Positions 43,583 to 52,045 of a stretch of 64,000 nt of DNA are shown piece by piece. The notes under the pieces are model-generated. The model did no database searches. It saw only the letters and a program-made list of their open reading frames with translations, and had not been told where the DNA came from. Position numbers and translations under genes: made by a program. The stretch's first letter is position 1. Every line of letters starts with the position of its first letter. The stretch comes from a virus (lineage: Duplodnaviria; Heunggongvirae; Uroviricota; Caudoviricetes): the IMG/VR virus record IMGVR_UViG_3300042331_000303; one strand, given 5' to 3'.

Positions 43583-43968
43583 CAGCGACTCCGCGCGAGG
43601 TAGATGCCCATGCCCACGAGCGCGGCGAGCCCGAGGCCCCCGACAAGGTAGGTGAGCGTGTTGTCAGTGGCCGGAGGAGTGATCGCCATGTCCGCTGGGA
43701 TCTGGTCGCTTGCCTTCGCGGGGCATCCCTTGATCCGAGCCTCGTCGGCCTTCTTCTGCCAGGCGTTCGCCTTGCCCTCGTATTCCACGCGCTCGGCCGT
43801 GAAGATGGGGGTCGCCCACATCTTCTCACGGTACTTGTTCGCCTTCTTCTCGTAGTCGAACACGCAGGTGTTCGCCCGCTGGAACTCCTTGTCCTTCTCG
43901 GCTGCGGTGATACCAGTGGAGACCAGCGAGGTCGTAGCAGTGATGGCGGCTGCGATGGCTTCAACCAT
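43582..43968 (-). CDS. Tail-anchored protein, MWATP family
   Basis: MWATPIFTAERVEYEGKAN; TM + RSR. Confidence 0.65.
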   Translation of the reverse strand: MVEAIAAAITATTSLVSTGITAAEKDKEFQRANTCVFDYEKKANKYREKMWATPIFTAERVEYEGKANAWQKKADEARIKGCPAKASDQIPADMAITPPATDNTLTYLVGGLGLAALVGMGIYLARSR

Positions 43969-43971
43969 GGC

Positions 43972-44430
43972 TCACCCCTTCCGCGTGGCGAAGAACAGTA
44001 CGAGCATCGTGCTGACGAGGACGCCGCCGCCAAGGAGGAGCGTCTGCTGCGTCCGCATGCTCTGCTCGGCCTCCTGCTTGGCCTTGGCTACCTCGGCCTT
44101 GCTGGTCCACTTGGCCAGAGCCGCGTCGCGATTTGCCATCGTCTGCGCCGTGGCGGTCGCGTTGGCCGAGTCGACGAGCGACTGAATGAAACTCGTGCCC
44201 TGCGAAACGAAACTTGCCACGTCAAGAGGGGAGCTGGGCGCGGCCTCGCCGTAGCCCGAGAAGGGCAGGAAGCTCGACCCGTGCGAGAACGGGATGAACT
44301 TGGGCGGGTTCTTGGGCTGCTCGCGGCGCTGCTGGGCCCACGCGGGCGTGACCGGGTAGGGGCTCGAAGGAACGAACGCCGTCAGCCACGCATAGGCGTT
44401 TCGCTGCGTCCGTCGAGGAGCCCCGTACAT
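43972..44430 (-). CDS. MYG-start tail-anchored membrane protein
   Basis: MYGAP..FSGYGEA; TM LLLGGGVLVSTMLVLFF + RKG. Confidence 0.6.
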   Translation of the reverse strand: MYGAPRRTQRNAYAWLTAFVPSSPYPVTPAWAQQRREQPKNPPKFIPFSHGSSFLPFSGYGEAAPSSPLDVASFVSQGTSFIQSLVDSANATATAQTMANRDAALAKWTSKAEVAKAKQEAEQSMRTQQTLLLGGGVLVSTMLVLFFATRKG

Positions 44431-44432
44431 GA

Positions 44433-45065
44433 TCAGTCCCCCTTGCGGGAGAGGGAGAAGAGGACGACCGCGCCGACGACGAGCACGCCACCACCGAGGA
44501 TCCAGTAGGGCAGGTTCGAGCCGGTCGAGGGTGCCGTGACGCCGCCTCCCGCCGAGTATTCGGAGGGGGCGAACGTCGGCGCGGCAGCCGCAGCCGGAGT
44601 GGCAGGGGCCAGCGCAGCCGTGAAGGCCGAGACTACACTCGGCACTGCCGACTGGAGCATGGACTGCGTCTGCGTCTTGGCCTGCATCTCGTAGGTGCCG
44701 AACTTCGAGACGATGGACGACCACGCCGAATCCTTCTTCGTCAGGACCCGCCCGATGGGCATGATCTTGGCGTTTCCGGTTGCGATGATGACGATGTCGC
44801 CCGACTTGTAGAACCGGTAGGCGTACCCGCCGGTATCGGTCTTGTCGATGTAGGGGCCGGAGGGGGCGCTGGCTGCACCGTAGCCATGCGCTCCCGAAGT
44901 CTCCCAGCCCGGACCAGCGCCACCGCCCGATCCAGGGACGCTGGACGGGCGCAGGTTCGGCCCGCCACGGTCGGGAACGCCCGAGGGGTAGGGGTAGTTC
45001 GCCGGGGCCTCCGGCTCACCGTAGCCTACGGGAAGAACGTCAGGAAGTCCTTGGTCGCCCCACAT
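44433..45065 (-). CDS. Tail-anchored membrane protein, paralog of 41880..42266
   Basis: GGYAYRFYKSGDIVI; two GYG sites; TM + RKGD. Confidence 0.62.
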   Translation of the reverse strand: MWGDQGLPDVLPVGYGEPEAPANYPYPSGVPDRGGPNLRPSSVPGSGGGAGPGWETSGAHGYGAASAPSGPYIDKTDTGGYAYRFYKSGDIVIIATGNAKIMPIGRVLTKKDSAWSSIVSKFGTYEMQAKTQTQSMLQSAVPSVVSAFTAALAPATPAAAAAPTFAPSEYSAGGGVTAPSTGSNLPYWILGGGVLVVGAVVLFSLSRKGD

Positions 45066-45067
45066 GG

Positions 45068-45319
45068 TCAGGTCCCCTTGGCGAAGTTGGAGGCGATGCC
45101 CGCCAGGAAGCGGGCACCAGCGATACGGGTGTCGGAGTCGAGGAGCCGGCGGCTCTTGATCTCGGGGTGCCAGTCCGCCATCTGGTCGGCCAGATACGCT
45201 GCGATGAGGTCGGGCGTCACGGAGATGCCACTGGCCTTGAGCATTGCGTACTGGTCAACGCCAGACTTGAGGTAGGAGCCGATCTTGGTCGCCAGCGGCA
45301 GAAGGTCTGCGAGGTTCAC
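45068..45319 (-). CDS. Small late protein
   Basis: GTG start, operon context. Confidence 0.5.
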   Translation of the reverse strand: MNLADLLPLATKIGSYLKSGVDQYAMLKASGISVTPDLIAAYLADQMADWHPEIKSRRLLDSDTRIAGARFLAGIASNFAKGT

Positions 45320-45322
45320 GGA

Positions 45323-45748
45323 TCAGCTCCGACGAGTGAGAAGGAACACCGCGCCAGCGGCTGCGGCGACCATGAACCACGTCTGCTTCCAGAAAGGTCC
45401 CCCGGAAGGGAGGCCCACCGGCGCGAGTGCGGAGGCGGCCTGCGCCTCGACCGAGGTAGCCGTCACGGCAGCGGCCGCGGGGGGCTGGTCCGAGGTCGCA
45501 GGGCCGATCACCGGCTGGATGTAGGCGGTGCTCGGCGTGGGGATCGACGAGTGGATCGTGGAGAGCTGCGCCAGCTCCGTCTGGTAACGGAAGATGAGGG
45601 CCTCGGCGCGCTCGGCGTAGCGGATGTCCATGCTGTCGGCCACGCTGACCGATCCGGGACGTCCGCGGACGAGCGCCCGACGGCGGTACTCGTGTGAGAG
45701 AGCGGTGAGCCGTGCGATTTCGGCACGGAGCCATGCGATTCGAGCCAC
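45323..45748 (-). CDS. Tail-anchored membrane protein
   Basis: GGAGG RBS; PFWKQTWFMVAAAAGAVFLL + RRS. Confidence 0.62.
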   Translation of the reverse strand: MARIAWLRAEIARLTALSHEYRRRALVRGRPGSVSVADSMDIRYAERAEALIFRYQTELAQLSTIHSSIPTPSTAYIQPVIGPATSDQPPAAAAVTATSVEAQAASALAPVGLPSGGPFWKQTWFMVAAAAGAVFLLTRRS

Positions 45749-45816
45749 TAAGCCTCCAAAGGTATTCGGTCCGGAGAGTAGCTGAGGTAGATCGAGCAGG
45801 CTACCTCGTGAGCCCA

Positions 45817-45827
45817 GATCGAGTGCT
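45817..45827 (-). promoter_or_regulatory. AGCACTCGATC element
   Basis: TACTCT 36 nt downstream. Confidence 0.72.
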
Positions 45828-45841
45828 CCCCTGACTCCTGA

Positions 45842-46060
45842 CTACTTCCCCGTGAGGCGGCCGAGCTGCTTCTCGCCTGCGCGGACGAGCTGGTAGCCAC
45901 CCGAAGGGCGGTTGAGCGCTGCGGTGTAGGCCACGACACCGACCGCGGGCACGACGAGCATGGTCCCGGCGACGGGGATCTTCTTCACAGCCCACGCGGT
46001 GCCAACGGCAGCGGCTGCGATCAGAGCGGCTTCGAGAAGGGTAGGACGTTCCATGCTCAC
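45842..46060 (-). CDS. Small two-TM membrane protein
   Basis: Two hydrophobic helices; start 6 nt after TACGCT. Confidence 0.55.
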   Translation of the reverse strand: MSMERPTLLEAALIAAAAVGTAWAVKKIPVAGTMLVVPAVGVVAYTAALNRPSGGYQLVRAGEKQLGRLTGK

Positions 46061-46101
46061 AGCGTACCGTGGGTACGATCCAGCGCAAGACCCCCAACCG
46101 G

Positions 46102-46112
46102 GATCGAGTGCT
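46102..46112 (-). promoter_or_regulatory. AGCACTCGATC element
   Basis: TACGCT 35 nt downstream. Confidence 0.72.
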
Positions 46113-46122
46113 CCCTCTTGTG

Positions 46123-46410
46123 CTACTTGGAGAGCTTGGTCTGCAAGGCTCGTTCGAGCTTCCCCCGGTACTCAGGGTAGACATGGAAGTGGGCCGAGCG
46201 CGAGTATTCGTCCCTGTGGAGGCTGACCTGCCCGCCTGCAACGAGGAACTCTGCGAACCACGGGGTCGGGTAGCCCTTGTCGAACTGGTTTCCTTCCGCG
46301 AGGAGGATCGGAACGGTCTGCTTCTTCCCGTCGGCGTACACGCCAAGACCTGCCCCCGTGGAGGTGATCTTCACGGTGCCGAAGTCGCCAAGCTCGACCG
46401 TCTTGGCCAT
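46123..46410 (-). CDS. Hypothetical protein
   Basis: ATG 6 nt after TACACT. Confidence 0.6.
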   Translation of the reverse strand: MAKTVELGDFGTVKITSTGAGLGVYADGKKQTVPILLAEGNQFDKGYPTPWFAEFLVAGGQVSLHRDEYSRSAHFHVYPEYRGKLERALQTKLSK

Positions 46411-46458
46411 GAGGGGAGTGTACGAAGACCGGGCGCTTGGGGCAAGTCGCCCCTGTTC

Positions 46459-46469
46459 GATCGAGTGCT
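46459..46469 (-). promoter_or_regulatory. AGCACTCGATC element
   Basis: TACACT 36 nt downstream. Confidence 0.72.
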
Positions 46470-46479
46470 CCCCTCGGGG

Positions 46480-46857
46480 CTACGCCACGTACCCGGCCGC
46501 CAAGGCAGCCGCGCCGTAGATCCAGCAGAGCTGCGCGAGCGGCTCCCCCTTGTCCGCGAACTCGTAGGCCCGCTTGACGAGCTGGACCTCCGTGTACTCG
46601 ACCTTGTCGCCTTCGCGGGTGGGCGTGGATTCCCGGCGCGTGCGGCCCTGCTGGTCCTCCGCCGCCTTGTCCATGATGTTCGCGGCCTGTTCGAGGATCT
46701 TCAGGAGCTTGCCGTCACGGGCCTTCGCGGCGCGCATCCCGGTAGCTGCCACGATCTGCCGGTCGGACTCACGCGCCCGCTCCATGCACTTCCAGGCGTG
46801 CTCCCAGCGGGCGAAGGTCAGCGTGTCTTCCAGTTCGATGGGCGAGGAGTGGTTCAT
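46480..46857 (-). CDS. Helical hypothetical protein
   Basis: ORF track. Confidence 0.55.
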   Translation of the reverse strand: MNHSSPIELEDTLTFARWEHAWKCMERARESDRQIVAATGMRAAKARDGKLLKILEQAANIMDKAAEDQQGRTRRESTPTREGDKVEYTEVQLVKRAYEFADKGEPLAQLCWIYGAAALAAGYVA

Positions 46858-46897
46858 CCGATCTGCGTAGCTCGAACATCGTCAGTTGACAAGGGCT

Positions 46898-47158
46898 TCA
46901 ACGCTTGAACCAGTTCGAGACCTGCTCCTTGTGCGTGTAGGCGTAAGCGAGAGCGACCAAAGCCCCGAGAGCGGGAGCCGAGCCGAGCACTGCGCCTACC
47001 GTGCGGGCCTTCGGGTGGACCTGAAGCCCTACTTCATCTCCCACGAGTGCGCCACCCGCAGCTCCGACGAGGAGAACGGTGACGAGAGCGCCCGTAGCCA
47101 GCTTCTGGTCAGTTGAGCTGCTGGTACCAGTCATGGTGCCATATGATGGTTGAAACAT
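46898..47158 (-). CDS. Small two-TM membrane protein
   Basis: MFQPSYG..., GGAG RBS, two hydrophobic helices. Confidence 0.55.
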   Translation of the reverse strand: MFQPSYGTMTGTSSSTDQKLATGALVTVLLVGAAGGALVGDEVGLQVHPKARTVGAVLGSAPALGALVALAYAYTHKEQVSNWFKR

Positions 47159-47174
47159 GGAAACTCTCCTGATT

Positions 47175-47969
47175 CTACTTGGAGGGATAGCGGAGCTGGC
47201 CCCGCGGGTTGACGAGCGGGACGGTCGTGGGGGGAGACTCGGCCAGCCCGAGATCGACGAACTTGAGCGCGCCCTTCTTTCCGTGGAACGCGGGGTCACG
47301 CATGACGTTCCCGCCGTGGACGTCGTGGAAGTCGATCCCAGCCTTGCGGAGCTTGCTGTACGCATCCACCAGCCCGTCGATCTCCGCTCGGCCAATGCCC
47401 ACGTCTTGGGCGCTCCGCACGAGGGTGTCGTAGGCGCACTTGATGAAGGGGGCGCCGTCGAGAGGCTTGCACGCCGTGTAGTAGCTGCCCACCTCGCCCC
47501 GGGTCATCTTGTGCGTCTGGCCGCCTGCGGCCTGCACGAGGTCGGGCACGTTGTTCTCGTTGAGCCAGTTCCTCTCGCGGTTGGGGAGCGGGTCGAGCCG
47601 CTGAGTGATGATGGCGTAGAGGACGGGGCGGTACCCGCCAGTGTCGATCGCAAACGCACAGGGGACATCAGGAAGACCGGGGCTTCGGACCTTCCGCTCG
47701 TGGATGTTCCGCCACACGCCAGCTTCAGTGGCGTCGCCGGTGAGCTTCATCACGTAGTCGGGCTCGCCGTCGAGGGCGAAGACCTGTGCGAACGTCCCCG
47801 TCCCGATGCAGCGCCCGAGCTTGTAGCCGTGCCGCGCCAGCACGTCCTTGGCGAGGGGGTACGCCCGAGACCACGGGTAGTCCCGCATCTCGACGTTGAG
47901 CATCGTGTCCATCACCGATGGGATCGACTTCTTCACGGCAGGGCAGGCGGGGCGGTTCTGTCGCAGCAT
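47175..47969 (-). CDS. Ser/Thr protein kinase-like
   Basis: IGTGTFAQVF, VMKLT, FHDVHGGNVM, KFVDLG; N-terminal MLRQNR, C-terminal LVNP. Confidence 0.82.
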   Translation of the reverse strand: MLRQNRPACPAVKKSIPSVMDTMLNVEMRDYPWSRAYPLAKDVLARHGYKLGRCIGTGTFAQVFALDGEPDYVMKLTGDATEAGVWRNIHERKVRSPGLPDVPCAFAIDTGGYRPVLYAIITQRLDPLPNRERNWLNENNVPDLVQAAGGQTHKMTRGEVGSYYTACKPLDGAPFIKCAYDTLVRSAQDVGIGRAEIDGLVDAYSKLRKAGIDFHDVHGGNVMRDPAFHGKKGALKFVDLGLAESPPTTVPLVNPRGQLRYPSK

Positions 47970-48844
47970 CACGCAACTCGGTGGGGCATCATCGTGCCGT
48001 AGCTCTCGTAGCGGGGGTAGCGTTCGAGGCGCTTCTTGGGGCTCTCGGCGTACCAGAGGTCCGCCGCGGCGTGCGCCTGCTCGCAGGTGCGGTGCTTGCT
48101 GCGTGGGTGGCCCAGCACGTACAGCACGGCGACTCCGGTACCGCACCAGATCAGCACGCCGTCCTTCGCCGCCGCGGTGACCCCATCCGGGGCGCGGTCG
48201 TCCGGGAAGGGCTTGCCTTGGAATCCGCCACGGCGAGCTGCCGAGGCGGCCCGCTCAGCGGCTGCGAGGCGCTCCTCGTCCTCGCGCGTCCAGCCTTCCG
48301 GCCGGCGCCGAGCCCACGCCGGCTTCGGCTCCTTGGGCGGACGCTTGGCCCGGCGGGCGCGCTCCTTGGCGGCCTCGCGCTTCTCGGCCGCGCGCTCCTC
48401 CGCAGCCTCGCGCTTGACCTTCTCGGCGTCGAAGCCGAAGCCGAAGCCGTAGTCGAACGCGCTGGCCTTGTACCCGGCGGGTTCTGGCTCGACTGCCTTC
48501 AGCTCTTCCGGCGGAGAATCGCCAGCAATCGGACCAACAACGAGCCAGAGCTTCGGAAACTGCCGAAGCATGCTCCGGGCGAGGTTCTTCGCCGCGGCCT
48601 GCTCGCCCTCGGGCGCGTTCGCCGAGGGCTTCAGGAGCGCGAGGGCCTTCCGGTAGAGGGACTCGGCCTTCTCGTAGGGCGGGTTCTTGCGGATCGTGGT
48701 GCGGACCTTCTCAGGCCGGAGGCTGAACTTCGCCCCGGGAGCACCGCAGCGGTAGCACGGCATGGCATAGGCGGCCTGCTTGGACAGGTCCACCTTCACC
48801 GTGATCGGCTTGCGGCAGCGGGGGCAGGAGCCTTGGACGGTCAA
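47969..48844 (-). CDS. Zn-ribbon + IRKNP linker + DUF2786-like domain protein
   Basis: CPRC...CYRC; KALALL...EGEQAAAKNLA. Confidence 0.6.
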   Translation of the reverse strand: MTVQGSCPRCRKPITVKVDLSKQAAYAMPCYRCGAPGAKFSLRPEKVRTTIRKNPPYEKAESLYRKALALLKPSANAPEGEQAAAKNLARSMLRQFPKLWLVVGPIAGDSPPEELKAVEPEPAGYKASAFDYGFGFGFDAEKVKREAAEERAAEKREAAKERARRAKRPPKEPKPAWARRRPEGWTREDEERLAAAERAASAARRGGFQGKPFPDDRAPDGVTAAAKDGVLIWCGTGVAVLYVLGHPRSKHRTCEQAHAAADLWYAESPKKRLERYPRYESYGTMMPHRVA

Positions 48845-48848
48845 GAAC

Positions 48849-49382
48849 TCAGTCCTCCGAGCTGTGGTGCTTGCGGCGGCGGGCGTACTTGGTCTTGTCC
48901 TTGTGCGCGCCGGCCTTCCGCTTGACGCGGAGGGCGAACTCCGTGCCGCGGCGGGGTTCGATCTCAGCGAGAGCGGCCCGGAACTGAGCCTCCGTGCGCG
49001 GAGCCCGCTTCTTCTTGCCGCGGTTCTTCCGGGCCGCCTTCACGCCCGAGATGACTGCGCCTGCCGCGACCCCCTTCGGGCCGAGCAGCGCGAGCAGCTC
49101 CGGGTGGTTGTAGGCCAGCTCGATGGGGAGCGTGGTCGAACGAACCATCCGACGCGGACCCGCCTTCATCTGCTCGATGGTGAAGCGCTTCGCTTGGTCC
49201 CAGGTCGGGTTTGCCCGGATGCCGCGGCGCGCCTCCCGACGCTCCAGCTCGCGTTCGTACACGTCCAGCTTGGCCAGCAGCGAGTGCTCTTCTCGGCGAG
49301 AGGCCACCGCGAGAGCGTCCTCCACCTTAGCGATGGCTCGCAGGATCTGGTCGGTCGTAGCCTTGGAGAGGGGGATGGCCAT
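48849..49382 (-). CDS. Basic late protein
   Basis: GIRANP and ARKNR motifs; GGAG RBS. Confidence 0.55.
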   Translation of the reverse strand: MAIPLSKATTDQILRAIAKVEDALAVASRREEHSLLAKLDVYERELERREARRGIRANPTWDQAKRFTIEQMKAGPRRMVRSTTLPIELAYNHPELLALLGPKGVAAGAVISGVKAARKNRGKKKRAPRTEAQFRAALAEIEPRRGTEFALRVKRKAGAHKDKTKYARRRKHHSSED

Positions 49383-49383
49383 G

Positions 49384-50562
49384 TCAGGAACTCCGAGAAG
49401 AGCCGTGGCGGTACCCGAGCTTGTCCAGGACTACCTGCGTGGAAACGGAAACGGCGACACCTGCGAGGACGGCGACGCCGACCTGCTTCCAGTTGACGCC
49501 GAAGAACTCCAGACTGTCCGACGAGGTGTCGCGCTCGCTCAGCGAGGCTGCCACCTGACCACCAGCCTCGGCCGCACCGGCGAGGCCATTGAGGGGGGCC
49601 GGACCGAGCGTAGCCACCAGAGACTTCCGCAGGTCCCGGACAGCCTGCGCAATCGCCTGTGGCGGCGCGAGACGCCGCTCGTACACCACCGAGATGCGCT
49701 GAGCCGCCTGTGCCAGGGTGCCCGCGATGTGCGCCCACTCGTTTCGCACGTCGAGCTGGACAGCTTCCTCCGCGAGCGCCTCCACCTTGAGCAGGTGCTT
49801 GCGGATGCAGTCAGGGCAGCGACGGTTGGGGAACGCGAGGTGGTCTTCGAGCAGGAGCAGCTCCTTGACCGCATCGCGGAGATCGAGCGCCGGGTCGCGG
49901 ATGTCATGCCGGATCGGACTCGGGGTGTCAGCCAGCATGGGGCCAGCGAGGCCCGCCGTGGCCATCTCCGGCAGCGCCTGAGATCGAGCGCTGACCACGT
50001 CCCAGCCGAGCGGCGCCCCCTTGAGCGTCGGCTCCGCGAACGTCCAGCTCGTGGGCGTGAAGGGCTTGTCGCCGACCGCGATGTAGATGTGCGACCACTG
50101 CACGCCACGGATCAGAGGCTCGCCCTCGACCCAACGCACCTGCTGCTTGTCCTTCCCGACTCCGGAGAGCACGAAGCGCCAAGGCATGCGGACGCACTCC
50201 AACAGCGCGCCCAGCAAGATCGCAAGGTCGTCACAATCGCCACCGCCGATCTTGATCGTGTAGTCCGGGGCTTGCAGGCGTTCGCCGGGTTCATTTCGGT
50301 AGTAGAGGCCCTGAACGTAGCGGAGGAAGGCGGCAGCCTGCCCGCGGTAGTCCCGCGGCTGAGCGCCGGCCTGCACGAGAATCCTCTGAGCCAGCTCGGC
50401 AATCCGGGGGTCGCGCCCATAGGTGAGAACGATCCGACGAAGGACAGCGATGCGCTCTGCGTCGTTGATGTTGCCCCAGTTGGGCAGGTGGAAGGTCTGC
50501 GGCGGCTTGTAAGCCACCGGTACCACCGCGGTTCCGAGGATCTGGGACAGGTTAGGCGCCAT
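49384..50562 (-). CDS. Transglutaminase-like (papain-fold) cysteine enzyme with C-terminal TM
   Basis: GGDCDDLAILLGALL (Cys), WSHIYI (His), FAEPT; C-terminal hydrophobic helix. Confidence 0.78.
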   Translation of the reverse strand: MAPNLSQILGTAVVPVAYKPPQTFHLPNWGNINDAERIAVLRRIVLTYGRDPRIAELAQRILVQAGAQPRDYRGQAAAFLRYVQGLYYRNEPGERLQAPDYTIKIGGGDCDDLAILLGALLECVRMPWRFVLSGVGKDKQQVRWVEGEPLIRGVQWSHIYIAVGDKPFTPTSWTFAEPTLKGAPLGWDVVSARSQALPEMATAGLAGPMLADTPSPIRHDIRDPALDLRDAVKELLLLEDHLAFPNRRCPDCIRKHLLKVEALAEEAVQLDVRNEWAHIAGTLAQAAQRISVVYERRLAPPQAIAQAVRDLRKSLVATLGPAPLNGLAGAAEAGGQVAASLSERDTSSDSLEFFGVNWKQVGVAVLAGVAVSVSTQVVLDKLGYRHGSSRSS

Positions 50563-50610
50563 CTGCCCAGCTTGACCTACGCGCGCGCTCTCGACCAGCA
50601 GGAAGCTGAA

Positions 50611-50626
50611 GATCGAGTGCTATCTA
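50611..50626 (-). promoter_or_regulatory. TAGATAGCACTCGATC element
   Basis: Exact 16-nt copy; the -10 spacing is less clear here. Confidence 0.62.
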
Positions 50627-50938
50627 CACGTCGGATGGCTCGACGTGAGGGCCGAGAAGGCGGGAGCCCATCTCGAACATCGCCCCCATGATGGCCTGTT
50701 GCTTCGCGGCCACCTGCTTTCCGACCTCCGAGAAGTGCTGGTCGTAGAGGAAGTCGATCTCCTCGTCGGTGTACGTCGTGCGGAACAGGTCGTAGGCTTC
50801 GTCCGCCATCGAGCCCCACGCCCGATCCAGCGCAGTGGAGTCCTTGGACGGCATCATGCCGAGAAGGGGAACGACGCTGGTCTTGGTCGTGACCAGCGCG
50901 TTCTCCAGCACGGCGGCGAGCTTCTCCTCCGGGCTCAC
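50624..50938 (-). CDS. DUF2059-like small helical protein
   Basis: YTDEEIDFLYDQHFSEVGKQV. Confidence 0.5.
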   Translation of the reverse strand: MSPEEKLAAVLENALVTTKTSVVPLLGMMPSKDSTALDRAWGSMADEAYDLFRTTYTDEEIDFLYDQHFSEVGKQVAAKQQAIMGAMFEMGSRLLGPHVEPSDV

Positions 50939-51393
50939 TTCGCACCGTCCTTCTTCTTCTTGCGGACGATCTTGGCCGGCTCGGGCGCTTCGGCTTCGTC
51001 GGCGACCAGACCGAGGGTCTCGCGGAAGCTCTTGTGCGCTTCAGCGATGTCCTTGTCGAGCGCGCCGGGGGCGAGGAAGACCTCGTCCTCTTCGAGCAGG
51101 AAGGGCTCCAAGGTCGATTCGTAGGCGTGGTACTGGACGCGCACCTGCATCTCCAACAGGGGCTCGGCTTCCGCGCGCTGGGCTTCCGGAACCTGCTGGA
51201 GGAGCTGCTGGAGCGTGCCAGCCTTCAGGCCCTGAAGGATGGCGTACTCGGGGTTGGGGATGCAGCGGGCGACCGTGACGCGCGTCCAACCGACCGGGAC
51301 GCCATCGCTGCCATCGTCGTCGTCGGTGTAGGCTTCGTCAGCGGGCGTCAGCCCCGAGAAGGCGCAGGTGATTTCGTCGTTGTCGAGGGGCAT
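50935..51393 (-). CDS. Acidic hypothetical protein
   Basis: ORF track. Confidence 0.55.
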   Translation of the reverse strand: MPLDNDEITCAFSGLTPADEAYTDDDDGSDGVPVGWTRVTVARCIPNPEYAILQGLKAGTLQQLLQQVPEAQRAEAEPLLEMQVRVQYHAYESTLEPFLLEEDEVFLAPGALDKDIAEAHKSFRETLGLVADEAEAPEPAKIVRKKKKDGAK

Positions 51394-51396
51394 GGC

Positions 51397-52041
51397 TCAG
51401 GTCTCCGAGATGATAGGGGTGCGGGGGGCCGGTTCGAGCATGTTGCTCAGGTCGGTGTACTGGAGGGCGCTCGCGACCTGCGCGATGTTCTCCGCGAGCT
51501 TGTCTACCAGCGGCGCTGGGACGTAGCGGGGCTCGGTCACAGCGCGAATGCCGGCGCGCAGGCCGCCCATCTGCTGGAGCCAGCCGAGCGTGCGGCCGTA
51601 GACGGGCGCGTCACACAGCCGGCGGAGCGCTTCCACCCGATCGGGCTGCGGCAGGTCGAGGCCGAAGTTGTGCTGCCACTCGTGGAGGAGCGCGATGAAC
51701 GCTTCGTAGCCCTGCGTGAGCTTCTGCTGGCGCGACAGCTCCTGCGAGGCGTGCAGGTTGGTCTCCACCGTGGCCGGCGCGGGGCCCGGCCCTGCGACCG
51801 ACTGGTCGGGGTGGAACGGGTGGTCGGGCTCGGCATCGAACGCGCGCGCCGCGGGCGGCGGGGGCGTGTAGAGCGGAGCCGCAGGAGCCGCTACGGGCGT
51901 CGGCTCGGCATGGTCGCTCGGGAACATCTCCTTGTAGGCCGACAGGAACCGCGGCAGCATGGTCTGGAGCTGGTCTGCCACCGGCTGCCGCGGAGCTTCC
52001 GCGGAGCCGGAGGGCTCGATGAAGATGGTGATCTTGAGCAT
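51397..52041 (-). CDS. Hypothetical protein, Pro-rich linker
   Basis: Start MLKITIFIEP. Confidence 0.55.
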   Translation of the reverse strand: MLKITIFIEPSGSAEAPRQPVADQLQTMLPRFLSAYKEMFPSDHAEPTPVAAPAAPLYTPPPPAARAFDAEPDHPFHPDQSVAGPGPAPATVETNLHASQELSRQQKLTQGYEAFIALLHEWQHNFGLDLPQPDRVEALRRLCDAPVYGRTLGWLQQMGGLRAGIRAVTEPRYVPAPLVDKLAENIAQVASALQYTDLSNMLEPAPRTPIISET

Positions 52042-52045
52042 GTGG

